From positions 352,001-416,000 of the forward strand of contig CAVYGB010000002.1 of assembly GCA_963767925.1 (NCBI GenBank): a DNA stretch of 64,000 nucleotides, in the 5' to 3' direction. The notes beneath the pieces were generated by a model, which was not told the origin of the DNA, did not search any database, and saw nothing but the letters and a program-made list of their open reading frames with translations. This document shows, piece by piece, positions 49,680-61,249 of this stretch; position 1 is the stretch's first letter; each line of letters starts with the position of its first letter. Both the position numbers and the translations under genes were made by a program. This DNA is from an uncultured delta proteobacterium. Lineage in GTDB: Bacteria; Myxococcota_A; Polyangia; Fen-1088.

Positions 49680-51178
49680 CGTCGATTCGATTGACCACCG
49701 GCCTGCGCCGCAAGCTCTCCCTGTCGCGGCGGGCGGTGCTGCGCGGGCTGGGGGCCTCGCTGGCCCTGCCCTGGCTGGAAGCGATGCGGGCGCCACCTGC
49801 CCGGGCCGCGGGCAAGCCGCTGCGGTTCCTCACGGTGTTCGCCCCGCACGGGATGCACATGCCGGGCTGGACGCCGAAGCAGACCGGGGCCGACTACACC
49901 CTGCCGCCAATCTTGACCCCCCTGGCCGCCCTGCGGCCCCACTTCAACGTGGTCTCCGGGCTGGCCAACTATCCGGCCAGCATCACCACCAAGGAGTTCG
50001 CCGGCTCGCACGCCCGCGGCACGGGTGGCCTGCTGACCCAGTCGCCCCTGCGCTTCACCTCGAGCAAGGACATCCAGAACGGCATCTCGGTCGACCAGGT
50101 GGTGGCCAGCCACCTCAGGGCGCAGACCCGGCTGCCCTCGCTGGAGGTGGGGGTGGCCGCGGGCAGCGCCACCGGCAACTGCGAGGACGGCTATAGCTGC
50201 GCCTACCTGCACAACATCTCCTGGAGCGGTCCCACGACCTTCCTGCCCAAGGAGGTCAGCCCGCGGGCGCTGTGGAACCGGCTGTTCGCCGGGGCCGGGG
50301 CCATGCCGGCCGGGGCGCCGCCCCCCGCGCCGAGCAACCAGGTGGCGCCCGCGCCGACGGCGGGGGAGGCCAGCAGCGACCGGCAGCTCCTCTACCGCAA
50401 GAGCGTGCTCGACGTGGTCCACGGCGACGCCGCCCGCCTCAACGCTCGGCTGGGCCGGCGCGATCGGGCCAAGCTCGACGAATACTTGACCTCGGTGGGC
50501 GAGCTGCAGCGGCGGATCGTCGACTTCGAGAAGCCGGGCGCCTCGGGCCTGGGGGCCCGGCCGGCCGCCGCCGTGTGCGCGCCAGGGACGCCGCCGCCCG
50601 AGGGATCGGGGGGCAGCTACCAGAGACACCTCGAGCTGCTGTCGGACCTCATCGTCCTCGCCTTCCAGTGCGACGTGACCCGGGTGGCCACCTTCATGCA
50701 GGAGGACCCCTTCAACTCCCGCAGCTTTTCCTTCCTGGGGGTCTCGGGCAACCATCACAGCACCTCCCACCACGGGGGCGACTCGGCCAAGCAGGCCGCC
50801 CTGCAGAAGATCGACACCTTCGAGGTGGCCCAGCTCGCCTATCTGCTCGACAAGATGGCCCAGGCCACCGAGGGCGAGGGCGAGAGCCTCCTGCACAACT
50901 CGATCGTGCTATTCACCAGCGACTTCGGGGACGGCGACGACCACTACCACTGGGACCTGCCCATGCTCGTCGCGGGGCATGCCGGGGGCCGCTGGAAGCC
51001 CGGCCGGCACATCGCCTACCCGCACCGGGGCGGCGGGGGGCCCTCGAACCGGACCGACACGCCGATGGCGAACCTGTTCGTGTCGGTCCTGCAGGCCTTC
51101 GATATTCCCGCCACGACCTTCGGCAGCGACGGGCAGCAGCCGTACGGAACGCGGCCGCTGCCCGAGCTGGCGGGGTAG
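49676..51178 (+). CDS. DUF1552 (HXXSHH) protein with Tat-like signal
   Basis: LSRRAVLRGLGASLALPWLEAM, SVDQ, AFQCDVTRV, HHSTSHH; coupled to the upstream gene by ATGA. Confidence 0.92.
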   Translation: MTSIRLTTGLRRKLSLSRRAVLRGLGASLALPWLEAMRAPPARAAGKPLRFLTVFAPHGMHMPGWTPKQTGADYTLPPILTPLAALRPHFNVVSGLANYPASITTKEFAGSHARGTGGLLTQSPLRFTSSKDIQNGISVDQVVASHLRAQTRLPSLEVGVAAGSATGNCEDGYSCAYLHNISWSGPTTFLPKEVSPRALWNRLFAGAGAMPAGAPPPAPSNQVAPAPTAGEASSDRQLLYRKSVLDVVHGDAARLNARLGRRDRAKLDEYLTSVGELQRRIVDFEKPGASGLGARPAAAVCAPGTPPPEGSGGSYQRHLELLSDLIVLAFQCDVTRVATFMQEDPFNSRSFSFLGVSGNHHSTSHHGGDSAKQAALQKIDTFEVAQLAYLLDKMAQATEGEGESLLHNSIVLFTSDFGDGDDHYHWDLPMLVAGHAGGRWKPGRHIAYPHRGGGGPSNRTDTPMANLFVSVLQAFDIPATTFGSDGQQPYGTRPLPELAG

Positions 51179-51274
51179 CCCCTCCCCCTCCGGATGAGGG
51201 GGGGGCGACCAGGCCGCGCGCGCCCAGGGACTGTTTTCGAAGTAGTCGGGTCCCCTCGCTTCGCTCGGGCCCGA

Positions 51275-52879
51275 CTAGGGCGCCCACCAGTTGCCGGACA
51301 TCACGATCAGCGACAGCAGGCGGACCGTGTCGGCGTGTCCGTCGGCCGGGTTGACCGTGTTGCCGGCGCTGACCCGGTTCCAGATGGCGTCGAGCCAGGG
51401 CTGGTACTTGGCGTCGACGATGGCCGCCGCGCCCAGGGGCCCCTCGAACAGGAAGCTGCCGCTGCCGCCGAGCGCGCTCGAGTCGTCGAGGCGGTAGCCG
51501 TCGACGATCATGGCCGGGTTGCCCATGGTCTTGGGACCGCTGATCCAATCGCTGATCTTGCTGAGGACGGCCTTGGCCCGGGCCGCCGGCTCCCCCGAGC
51601 TGGTGAGGAAGTCGGAGGCGATGCGCAGGGGCACCCGGGCCGCAGTGTAGCTGTAGCGGCCGTCGTTGGCCCCGTTGCCGTTGGACCAGTTGGCCGGCGC
51701 GGGCGACGGGATGGTGGTGACGTTGACGATGAAGTCCGGCAGCAGGCCGGTCACCGGGCTGTTGTTGTCCTGGATCGACTTCAGCACCGAGTGGCTGGCG
51801 TCGATGGCCCCCATCCAGAAGGCGTCGGTGGTGACGGCGGAGAAGGCCCGGAAGTGCCCCGGCATGAGGTCCGAGCTGCGCAGGCCGATCGAGAACTTCG
51901 GATCGGGCGGCGCGCCGGCGTCGACGGCGGGCTGGCTGGTCGAGACCCAGTCCCCGAGCACCGGGAGCCCCATGGCGGTCATGTCGCTGACCTTGATGGC
52001 CCCGATCATGTCGCGGGCCAGGGCCAGGTAGTTGACCGGGCCGGCGCTGCCCCACTGCTTGTCGGCCATCAGCAACGACAGGGCGATGTCGAGGTCCCCG
52101 TCGGTCTGCGACTCGGCGTTGGCGATCATCGCCGGGCAGCCGCTCGGGATGTCGCGGGCCATCAGCTTGGGGTTCTTGGTGCTGCGGAACCGCTGCACGT
52201 ATTTGAGGAGGGCGTCGTAGCTTTGCTGGGCCCGCATATCGCCGGTCGCCATGACGACGGTGATCAACATGCCCATGCCCTGCAGCGACGACACCGCCTG
52301 CTGGCTGCCGAAATCCTCGGGGGCATCGACGTAGGCGAAGCCGTTGCAAGCGCCCGAGGTGATGGTCCGCAGGTAGGCGGTCCGCCACTTCTCGTAGAAC
52401 GACATGACCGCCTGGTCGAGGGTGGCCTGGGCGCAGCCGCCGGTGCCGGTCGCGCCGCCGTCGGCGCCCACCGGGGCGCAGTTGCTCGGCCGGATGGTGC
52501 CGGTCGGGTAGGCCATGGGGTGGCTGAAGAAGGGCCGCATCGCCGCCGCGGAGGGCCCACCGTCGCCGGTGGTGGCGTCGCCCGGACGGGCGTCGCCGCT
52601 GGCGCTGCCGCCCTCGGAGACCGAGCCGTCGCCGCTGGCGGCGTCGACCGCGGGCGCATCGACGGCCGTGCCGCCGCTGCCGCCACCGCCGGTGCCGGCC
52701 GTGCCCACGTTGCTGCCGCCGCGCCCGCCGCTGCCGCCGCGCCCACCGGCGCCCGCGCTGGGGGCGGGACCGCCGCCGGTGCCGCCGGGCGGCTCGGGGT
52801 CTTCACGACACCCGACAGGGACGATCACCAGCGCGCAAACGGCCACGCATACCAAACGCTGCGCAACGAAACTGGTCAT
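51275..52879 (-). CDS. Lipoprotein with glycoside hydrolase family 8 domain (catalytic Glu replaced)
   Basis: Lipobox PVGC, Gly-rich linker; VSSLQGMGML, TDGDLDIA..LLMA..QWG, RSSD, TGLLPDF, YSYTAARVPLR. Confidence 0.82.
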   Translation of the reverse strand: MTSFVAQRLVCVAVCALVIVPVGCREDPEPPGGTGGGPAPSAGAGGRGGSGGRGGSNVGTAGTGGGGSGGTAVDAPAVDAASGDGSVSEGGSASGDARPGDATTGDGGPSAAAMRPFFSHPMAYPTGTIRPSNCAPVGADGGATGTGGCAQATLDQAVMSFYEKWRTAYLRTITSGACNGFAYVDAPEDFGSQQAVSSLQGMGMLITVVMATGDMRAQQSYDALLKYVQRFRSTKNPKLMARDIPSGCPAMIANAESQTDGDLDIALSLLMADKQWGSAGPVNYLALARDMIGAIKVSDMTAMGLPVLGDWVSTSQPAVDAGAPPDPKFSIGLRSSDLMPGHFRAFSAVTTDAFWMGAIDASHSVLKSIQDNNSPVTGLLPDFIVNVTTIPSPAPANWSNGNGANDGRYSYTAARVPLRIASDFLTSSGEPAARAKAVLSKISDWISGPKTMGNPAMIVDGYRLDDSSALGGSGSFLFEGPLGAAAIVDAKYQPWLDAIWNRVSAGNTVNPADGHADTVRLLSLIVMSGNWWAP

Positions 52880-53308
52880 GACTAGGCTCCTTAACCTGAG
52901 AGAGGGGCCGAACCGACAGAACCGGCAGCGGCGCCTCATGGTAGGGCAGGGTCGTACAGCAGCGCAAGCAACTACCATCTTGCGCGCCTGGACCGACATG
53001 GTCGCGCGAGGCCGGATGTGCGCCGGGCTCTCACGCTTGTGTACATGAGCGGAGGAGCGGGAAAGCCCCCCGGTCTCGCCCGCGGGATCCCCACGCCCCC
53101 GTAACGAAAGCCGAAACCCGCGCGCCCGCGCCGCCACCCGCCGCCCGCGGGCGACAGCGTTGGGACCGCGGACACGCCCGTGGCGCCCGCCGCCGCGCGC
53201 CCCGACGGTGCGCGATCCGCGCGCCAGATCCGCGCAGGCCGCTGCGCGCCAGGCGGCCGATCCGCGTACCACCGGAGGCAGGGCCGCCCGCGCGCTTTCG
53301 ACCCCGGA

Positions 53309-53470
53309 GACCCCTCACCCCTTCCCTCTCCCCGCTCCGCGGGGTGAGGGCGAACGGACAACCGAGAGCGAAAATCTCGGACGAACCCGCCGTGAAACCC
53401 TCTCCTCGGGAGGGTGATCGGGGCACCTGGCGGATTGTTCGCCCTCGCCCCGCGGCAGGGGGGAGAGGGG
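53309..53470. repeat. REPIN-like inverted REP pair
   Basis: CCCCTCACCCCTTCCCTCTCCCCGCTCCGCGGGGTGAGGGCGAAC and GTTCGCCCTCGCCCCGCGGCAGGGGGGAGAGGGG. Confidence 0.8.
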
Positions 53471-53541
53471 CGTCCGGGGCGGGATCGAGACCGTTCGGTG
53501 CCTTCCCGGGCGCGGCCCCGTCTTTGCTGGGAAGGGCGGGC

Positions 53542-54312
53542 ATGACCACCGTCGATCTCGAGACGGCCCGGCAGGCGCGCGGGCTCCGCCTCGTCGTCCT
53601 CGCCTCGGTGCCGAGCGCCTGGGCCGAGGCGGCCAAGGCGATCCTCCACGTCAAGGGCCTGCCCGCGCTCGTGCACCGCTGCGAGCTTCGCGCCCCCGCC
53701 GTCCGGGCCTGGACCGGCGTGCACAACAACCCCGTGCTCATGCACGACGACGATCCCCCGCGCAGCCACTGGAGCGAGATCCTCGCCCTCGCCGAGCGCC
53801 TGGCCCCCGGTCCGGCCCTGCTGCCCGCCGACCGCGGACTGCGCCTGCGGGTCCTCGGCCTGGCCCACGAGATCGTCAGCGAGGGGGGCCTGCTGTGGGC
53901 GGGGCGCCTGCTGATGATCGATCTCTCGCTGACCTCCGAGGGCCAGCGCGGCTTCTCGGTCCCGGTCGCCCGCTACCTCGCCGGAAAATACGGCTACGCG
54001 CCCGAACGGGTGCCGGCCGCCCGCCGGCGGGTCGAGGAGGTGCTGGCCGCGCTGGCCGGAGATCTCCGCCGTAGCCGCGCCGCCGGCAGCGACTACGTGA
54101 TCGGGCCCACCCTCACCGCCGCCGACCTCTACGCCGCGACCGCGCTGTCCCCCTTCGCCCTGCTCCCCGACGACCTCTGCCCCCTCCCGCCCGGGATGCG
54201 CGAGGTGTTCAGCGCGCTATCTGACCACCTGCGCCCCCTGGTCCCGCCCGAGCTGATCGCGCACCGGGATCTGGTCTACCGCCGCCACCTGGAGCTCCCG
54301 ATGGTGCTGTGA
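53542..54312 (+). CDS. Glutathione S-transferase-like protein
   Basis: PSAW.EAAK.ILHVKGL, NNPVL, YVIGPTLTAADLY; ATG 53542. Confidence 0.75.
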   Translation: MTTVDLETARQARGLRLVVLASVPSAWAEAAKAILHVKGLPALVHRCELRAPAVRAWTGVHNNPVLMHDDDPPRSHWSEILALAERLAPGPALLPADRGLRLRVLGLAHEIVSEGGLLWAGRLLMIDLSLTSEGQRGFSVPVARYLAGKYGYAPERVPAARRRVEEVLAALAGDLRRSRAAGSDYVIGPTLTAADLYAATALSPFALLPDDLCPLPPGMREVFSALSDHLRPLVPPELIAHRDLVYRRHLELPMVL

Positions 54313-54393
54313 GCGCGCTCGGCAGGGGTCCAGATCGGGGGAGAGCCTCGGAGTGCCTGGCCCGGGATCCAGGGCGCGAAACACCGAGGCCGG

Positions 54394-55765
<1,372 letters not shown>

Positions 55766-55788
<23 letters not shown>

Positions 55789-57121
55789 GGACCTGGTCGG
55801 GGGCGATGGCCCCGCTGGTGGAGAGCACCTCGGGCAAGGTGACGGTGGCGGTGGTGCCGCCGTCGGGGACGCTGGCGAACTCCAGGCGCCCGCCGTGCTG
55901 GGTGATCACGGTGCGGGCCAGGACCACGCCGAGGCCGGTGCCCTCGGCCCGGGTGGTGAAGAAGGGGGTGCCGAGCTTCTCGAGCACAGCCGCGGTCATG
56001 CCCCGGCCGGTGTCGCGGATGCGCAGCACCCGCTGGGGGCCCTGGCGCGCGACCTCGAGCGAGACCTTGCCCCCGCGGGGGGTGGCCTCGAGGGCGTTGG
56101 CCGCCAGGTTGAGGACCGCTTCCTCGAGGCGGCGGCCGTCGCCGGCCAGCATGAGGGTGCCGCCGGTGCGCTCGAGCTTGACGCCGGTGGAGGCGGCCCG
56201 CCCCTCCAGCAGGGCCACCACGTTGTCGGCGACGGCGGCGAGGTCCACCGCGCCCACCCGCAGATCCTCGAGGGGGCGGGAGAAGCCGAGGTAGTCGCGC
56301 AAGATGGCCTCCATGCGGGCCACCTCCCGGGTCAACACCTCCAGGCGGCGGTGTGAGCGCTCTTCGGTGGCGGCCGACAGCTCGAGCTGCAGCAGGCTCT
56401 TGACCGCGGCCAGGGGGTTCTTGAGCTCGTGGGCGACCTTGGCTCCTACCTGCTCGAGCGAGCGGACCCGGCGGATGGCGGCCTCCAGGGCCTGCTCGCG
56501 CAGCGACTCGAGGGTGCGGCTCTGGGAGGCGAAGCCCTCGCTGAGCGCGAGCACCGAGTGGCAGCCGAAGGCCACGCAGGCCAGGAGGTTGAACACAACG
56601 AGGGCCTGGTAGTGGGGCGAGGGGACGGGGGGCCCGGTGAGCGAGGCGGGCAGGAACGCCAGCACGAAGGCGCTGGCGATGAAGGTGCTGGCGATCATCT
56701 TGGCGGGCAGGGTCCAGCGCAAGATGGCGACGGTGGTGATGACCGGGGCGACGAGGATCGGCAACATCGGGCTGCGCAGGGCGCCGGTGGTGGCCAGGGC
56801 GGAGGTGATGAACAGGCCGCCCATGACCAGCCACAGCCAGAGGGCGCCGGGGGTCAGGCGGCGGGTGCGGGGGTGGATGAAGCTGCCGACCGCGATCGCC
56901 ATCGGCAGGACGGCGATGGCCAGCAGCACCGCCAGGCGTCGGCCGGGATAGCCGGCCTGGGCAAGCACGGCGAGGTTGGTGCCGATGACGATGGCCATGA
57001 ACAGGGGCCGCTGCCGGACGAAGCGCTGCCCCTCGACGGTGGACAGCTCGCAGCCCCCGCACTCCTTGATCCAGGTCGACAGGCGTCCTTCGCCGGCGGT
57101 TGTCGTGGGCATCGCGTCCAT
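55766..57121 (-). CDS. Membrane sensor histidine kinase
   Basis: Multiple TMs; AHELKNPL, NLAANA, DTGRG, FFTTR..GTGLG. Confidence 0.93.
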
Positions 57122-57367
57122 CCCGTCTTCCCTCCAGTCTTACAGCAAGTCCGGCGCCAGCCCATCGCCGGGCGAACAGCGGTCCGATCCCGGCCGATCG
57201 CCCGGGGAAAGAGGCGATCCAGGGGGCCGGGTCGGCCGGCGGCACGGCGGGGTGCCGGAAAACCGGCGTCGGGGTGGATGGGCGATGTTCCCCTGCACTG
57301 TCCTACTCCTGAGCCCGCGTTGCGGGGCGCGTCCGTCGGGGGCCTCGGCGCCGCATCGATCGGCGCT

Positions 57368-58900
57368 TCAGCGGGCCTGGTCGAGCACGGCGAGGTCGCG
57401 GCCGAGGGCGTGGCGCAGGCGGGCGCCGGCGATGCGCTGGTCGACGCGGGTGGCGATGGCCTCGAGCTGGGCCCGCGACCGCTCGGTCTCGGCGTCGGTC
57501 AGCTCGACGCTGGTGGCGCGCCCGTTCTGGAAGAGCGCGCGCCGCACCCGGTACGACTCCTCGGCGGCGGCCAGGCCGCGGGCGGAGCTGGCGCTGGCGA
57601 CGCGGGCCTCCAGCAGGGCCTCGCGGGCCTGGATCACCTCGAGCTCGATGCCGTCGGCGAGGGCGGCGCGTTCGGCCTCGAGCTGGCGGGCGCGGGCCAG
57701 GGTGGCGGAGCGGCCGGCCTCGCTGCCGAGGAGATCGGTGGGCGACCAGGTGAGCTGCACGCTCGCGTCCCAGGTGCCCTTGTAGCGATCCTGCTGGGGG
57801 AAGATGCGGCCGTTGGGGTTGGCGTAGGTGGCGCTGGCCACCGCGTCCAGGCGGGGCAGGCCGGCGGCCCGCTGCGCGCCGGCCTGGGCCCGGGCGGCGC
57901 CGGCGCCCTCCAGCAGCGCGCGCGGCTCCAGCCGGCGGGCCAGGGCTTCGTCGAGCAGGGCGCGGGGGGTGGCGGCGGTGGCGTCCTGCAGGTCGGCGAG
58001 CTCGGCCGGCTCGCGCAGGTCCTCGCCGACGGCGTAGGTCTGGCCGCTGTCGTCGTGCATGAGGACGCGCAGGCGCTCCTCGGTGACGGTGGTGGCGGTT
58101 CGGGCGCGGGCGACCAGCACCTCGGCGGTGGCGACCTGCGACTCCACCCGCAACACGTCGGCCTTCGAGGCGGCGCCCGAGGCGTGGGCGGCGCCGACGT
58201 CGCGCAGGTGGGCCTCGGCCTGGGCGAGCGCCTGCCGGGCCACGTCGGCCTGCAGCCGGGCCCGCGTCCAGGCGTAATAGGCGACGCGGCCGTCGGCGGC
58301 GGCGCGCACGCGGGCGGCCTGCTCGAGCAGGGTGGCCGAGCGGGCGCTGGCCCGGGCGGCCTCGTGCAGGCGAGGCAAGCGGAGGAGGTAGTCGGACAGC
58401 GGGAGCTGCAGGGAGGCCTGGGTCGTGTATTGATCGAGGATCACCGGGAAGCTGAGGGGGAAGGCGAGCAGCGGGGTGCCGGCGGGCAGCGGACCGGGGG
58501 GCACGTCGCCCGGCACGCCCACCAGGTTGCCGAGGGCCGGCTGCTCGATCGACGACAGCCGCGTGTAGCGGGCCACGCCCGAGAGGCGGGGTACGAAGGC
58601 GGCGCGCGCCTGGTCGATGACGGCGTCGGCGGCGGCCTTCTCCTCGGCGCGGGCCCGCGCGTCCCGGCTGGTGGCGGCCGCCCGCTGCGCCACCTGCTCG
58701 GCGGTGAGGCCGCCGGGGGTGGGTGGGCCGAACAGCGCCGAGAGGCTCTCCCCGGCGGGCGCCGGCGATCCGGCAGGTGCCGCCGCGCCGGCCGGCGGGG
58801 AGGTCTGGGCGACCGCCGGCGCGGCGGCGGTGAGCACGACAGCGACGGCCGTTACAGCGACGGCGGCGAGCAGCGAGGACGACGGAGAGGGACGTTGCAC
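57368..58900 (-). CDS. TolC-family outer-membrane efflux protein
   Basis: AAGGAG RBS, GTG start, signal peptide; two OEP repeats (GAASKADVL; FQNGRATSVEL.DA). Confidence 0.9.
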   Translation of the reverse strand: MQRPSPSSSLLAAVAVTAVAVVLTAAAPAVAQTSPPAGAAAPAGSPAPAGESLSALFGPPTPGGLTAEQVAQRAAATSRDARARAEEKAAADAVIDQARAAFVPRLSGVARYTRLSSIEQPALGNLVGVPGDVPPGPLPAGTPLLAFPLSFPVILDQYTTQASLQLPLSDYLLRLPRLHEAARASARSATLLEQAARVRAAADGRVAYYAWTRARLQADVARQALAQAEAHLRDVGAAHASGAASKADVLRVESQVATAEVLVARARTATTVTEERLRVLMHDDSGQTYAVGEDLREPAELADLQDATAATPRALLDEALARRLEPRALLEGAGAARAQAGAQRAAGLPRLDAVASATYANPNGRIFPQQDRYKGTWDASVQLTWSPTDLLGSEAGRSATLARARQLEAERAALADGIELEVIQAREALLEARVASASSARGLAAAEESYRVRRALFQNGRATSVELTDAETERSRAQLEAIATRVDQRIAGARLRHALGRDLAVLDQAR

Positions 58901-58976
58901 GATCGGGCTCCTTGCGCGGGTTGCGTGAGAGCCCGGACTTCAAGCGCTGTGCCACCACGAGCGCAGGGCGCGGAGG

Positions 58977-59223
58977 CCCCTCACCCCTTCCCTCTCCCCG
59001 CTGCCGCGGGGCGAGGGCGAACACCCACTTCGGTGCCACCACATCATTCGAGCGAGGGCGGCGGATCTCCTTGCCGGGCGCCGCCGGCGGCGCACGCGCC
59101 CAGGGCGAGCGCGAGGCAGCAGGAGGACACGAGCGGCGTTCCTGCGGCTCCAACCCGTAATTTGGCTCCCCCTTGCCCGTTCGCCCTCGCCCCGCGGCAG
59201 CGGGGAGAGGGTGGGGTGAGGGG
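58977..59223. repeat. REPIN-like inverted REP pair enclosing a copy of part of the neighbouring gene
   Basis: Arms 58977-59022 and 59179-59223; spacer 59067-59140 matches 59430-59511. Confidence 0.85.
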
Positions 59224-59249
59224 TCTGCGATTCGACCCGTGCGGGTGCT

Positions 59250-59531
59250 CTAGGGCGCGGGTGGGCCGGCGTCGGCGTTTTCTTGCGGGGTGGAGACCAC
59301 CTTCACGATGGGCTTTTCCCCGTTGGGGCAGACGAACTCGACGGTGCGCTGGTCCTTGAGGCGGTCGGTGGGCTGGCCGCCGCCGGGGCAGGTGACGGTG
59401 GCGCGGGTGCCGGGATAGACGTTGATGACCTCCTTGCCGGTCGCCGCCGGCGGCGCGGTGGCACACGCGCCCAGGGCGAGCGCGAGGCAGCAGGACAACA
59501 CGAGCGGCGTTGGCGAGCGGACGGCGGTCAT
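59250..59531 (-). CDS. Small lipoprotein (93 aa)
   Basis: AAGGAGG RBS; lipobox LGAC; two CPxG motifs. Confidence 0.7.
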   Translation of the reverse strand: MTAVRSPTPLVLSCCLALALGACATAPPAATGKEVINVYPGTRATVTCPGGGQPTDRLKDQRTVEFVCPNGEKPIVKVVSTPQENADAGPPAP

Positions 59532-59758
59532 GACTGCCTCCTTCTGATGATGGAGCGGGTCGGGGAGCGCGCTCCCGCCGGCGATCTTAACGCCGAGCCG
59601 CCGCGGCGTCAGGTAGTCCCAGCGTGGGTGGGTGTACCCTGGCGGGGTGCCGGAGATCCGGCTGGCGCCGCCAATCCGGCCGGCAGGGGGGGCCGGGGGC
59701 GCTGCCGGAAAGGCGGCGGTGAGGAGGGGCACGGCGCGCCGCGTTGGAGCCCGCGCGG

Positions 59759-59799
59759 CTGTCCGCCGAGGCAGCGGACGGACAGGTGTCGGCGGACAG
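59759..59799. promoter_or_regulatory. Candidate enhancer (UAS) inverted repeat
   Basis: CTGTCCGCCGA-N19-TCGGCGGACAG, ~125-165 bp upstream of a sigma54-like promoter. Confidence 0.45.
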
Positions 59800-59923
59800 C
59801 GGACGGGAGCGGGGGCGGGCACGCCGAGCCGGGCGCCTCTCACCCGATGCGCAGACGCGCCGACTTCTCCCGCAGCGGGAGAGGTGATCGGGCTCCGGCT
59901 CGAGCGAACGCCGACAGGGGGCC

Positions 59924-59940
59924 TTGGCTTGCGGTGTGCA
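59924..59940 (+). promoter_or_regulatory. Putative sigma54 promoter of the RND operon
   Basis: TTGGCTTGCGGTGTGCA = GG-N10-GC, ~32 nt before ATG 59972; adjacent NtrC-type activator. Confidence 0.5.
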
Positions 59941-59971
59941 AAGGGCCGGGGGGCAACCTGGAGGAATGTTC

Positions 59972-61054
59972 ATGAACGCTTCGAAATGGTCCTTCGCCAT
60001 CGCCCTGCTGGCGCCGGTGCTCGCGGGATGCGGCGTGCGGGCCAAGGCAGCCGCGCCGGCCACATCGGCTGCGGCCGCGCCGGCGCTGGCGGTGAAGACG
60101 GCGGCGGTGGTGGCGCAGGCCCTGCCCCGCACGCTCACCTTGACCGGGACGTTGACCGCCAACCGGGAGTCGGGGGTGGCGGCCGACCTGGCGGGAAAGG
60201 TGGCGGAGATCTTCGTCGAGCGCGGCAGCCGCGTGCGCGCGGGGACGCCCCTGGCCAGCCTGGATCGCCGGCAGGCGGACCTTGTCGAGGACGAGGCCCG
60301 CTCGCAGGCCGCCGCCGTCGCCTCGCAGTCGGCGCTGGCCCAGTCCGAGTGCGCCCGGGCCGAGAAGCTGTTCGCCGAGGGGGCCATCAACCAGGCCGAG
60401 TTCGACCGGAGCAAGACCCAGTGCCAGGCCGCCGCCCTCAGCGCCCAGGCCGCCGAGGCCCGCAGCCAGCTCGCCGGCAAGACGGTCACCGACCTCGTCA
60501 TCCGCGCGCCTTTCGCCGGGGTGATCGCCGACCGCTTCATCAACCCCGGTGAATACGTGCGCCCCGACAGCAAGGTGGCGACGGTGGTGCAGCTCCACCC
60601 GCTGCGGCTGGAGCTGTCGGTGCCCGAGCACGCGCTGTCCGCCTTCGGGGTGGGGGCAGAGGTGGCCTTCTCGGTGGCGGCCTGGCCGGGTCAGAGCTTC
60701 ACCGGCAAGGTGCGCTTCATCGGCGCGACCGTGCGACGGGCGACCCGCGACCTGCTCGTCGAGGCGGTGGTCGACAACAAGGACGAGCGCCTGCGCCCCG
60801 GCATGTTCGCGGTGGCGGAGGTCAAGCTCGGCGAGGTGGTGCTGCCGGTGGTCCCCCGCACCGCCCTGCGCACCGACGCCCGCGCCGGCACCGACCGCCT
60901 CTACGTCGTGCAGAGCGGCCGGGTGGAGGAGCGCCTGGTGCACACCGGCGCCGCCGCCGGGGAGCTGATCGCCATCCAGGCCGGCGTCAAGGCCGGCGAG
61001 CAGGTGGTGCTCGCCCCCGCGACCAACCTGCGCGACGGCATGCCCGTCCGCTGA
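59972..61054 (+). CDS. RND efflux periplasmic adaptor (MFP)
   Basis: GGAGG RBS, lipobox LAGC, GKV..IFVERGSRV.AG, IRAPFAGVI, LRPGMF. Confidence 0.93.
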   Translation: MNASKWSFAIALLAPVLAGCGVRAKAAAPATSAAAAPALAVKTAAVVAQALPRTLTLTGTLTANRESGVAADLAGKVAEIFVERGSRVRAGTPLASLDRRQADLVEDEARSQAAAVASQSALAQSECARAEKLFAEGAINQAEFDRSKTQCQAAALSAQAAEARSQLAGKTVTDLVIRAPFAGVIADRFINPGEYVRPDSKVATVVQLHPLRLELSVPEHALSAFGVGAEVAFSVAAWPGQSFTGKVRFIGATVRRATRDLLVEAVVDNKDERLRPGMFAVAEVKLGEVVLPVVPRTALRTDARAGTDRLYVVQSGRVEERLVHTGAAAGELIAIQAGVKAGEQVVLAPATNLRDGMPVR

Positions 61055-61249
61055 GCCCAGCCAGGCACCCCCTCCCCTGCCCGTTTACCTCCGCTGCGGC
61101 CGTCTGCGGCCGGGCGCAGACGGGTAAGGGTGCAGGGCGGTTGCCCGGTCGGGCGCTCCCTCACCCGCCGCGTGCAGCCGCGCGCCTCCCTTCCTTCCAC
61201 ACGTAACCTCTCGCAACTCCCGCCTCCCGTCCTCGTCAGGAGACTCCCC

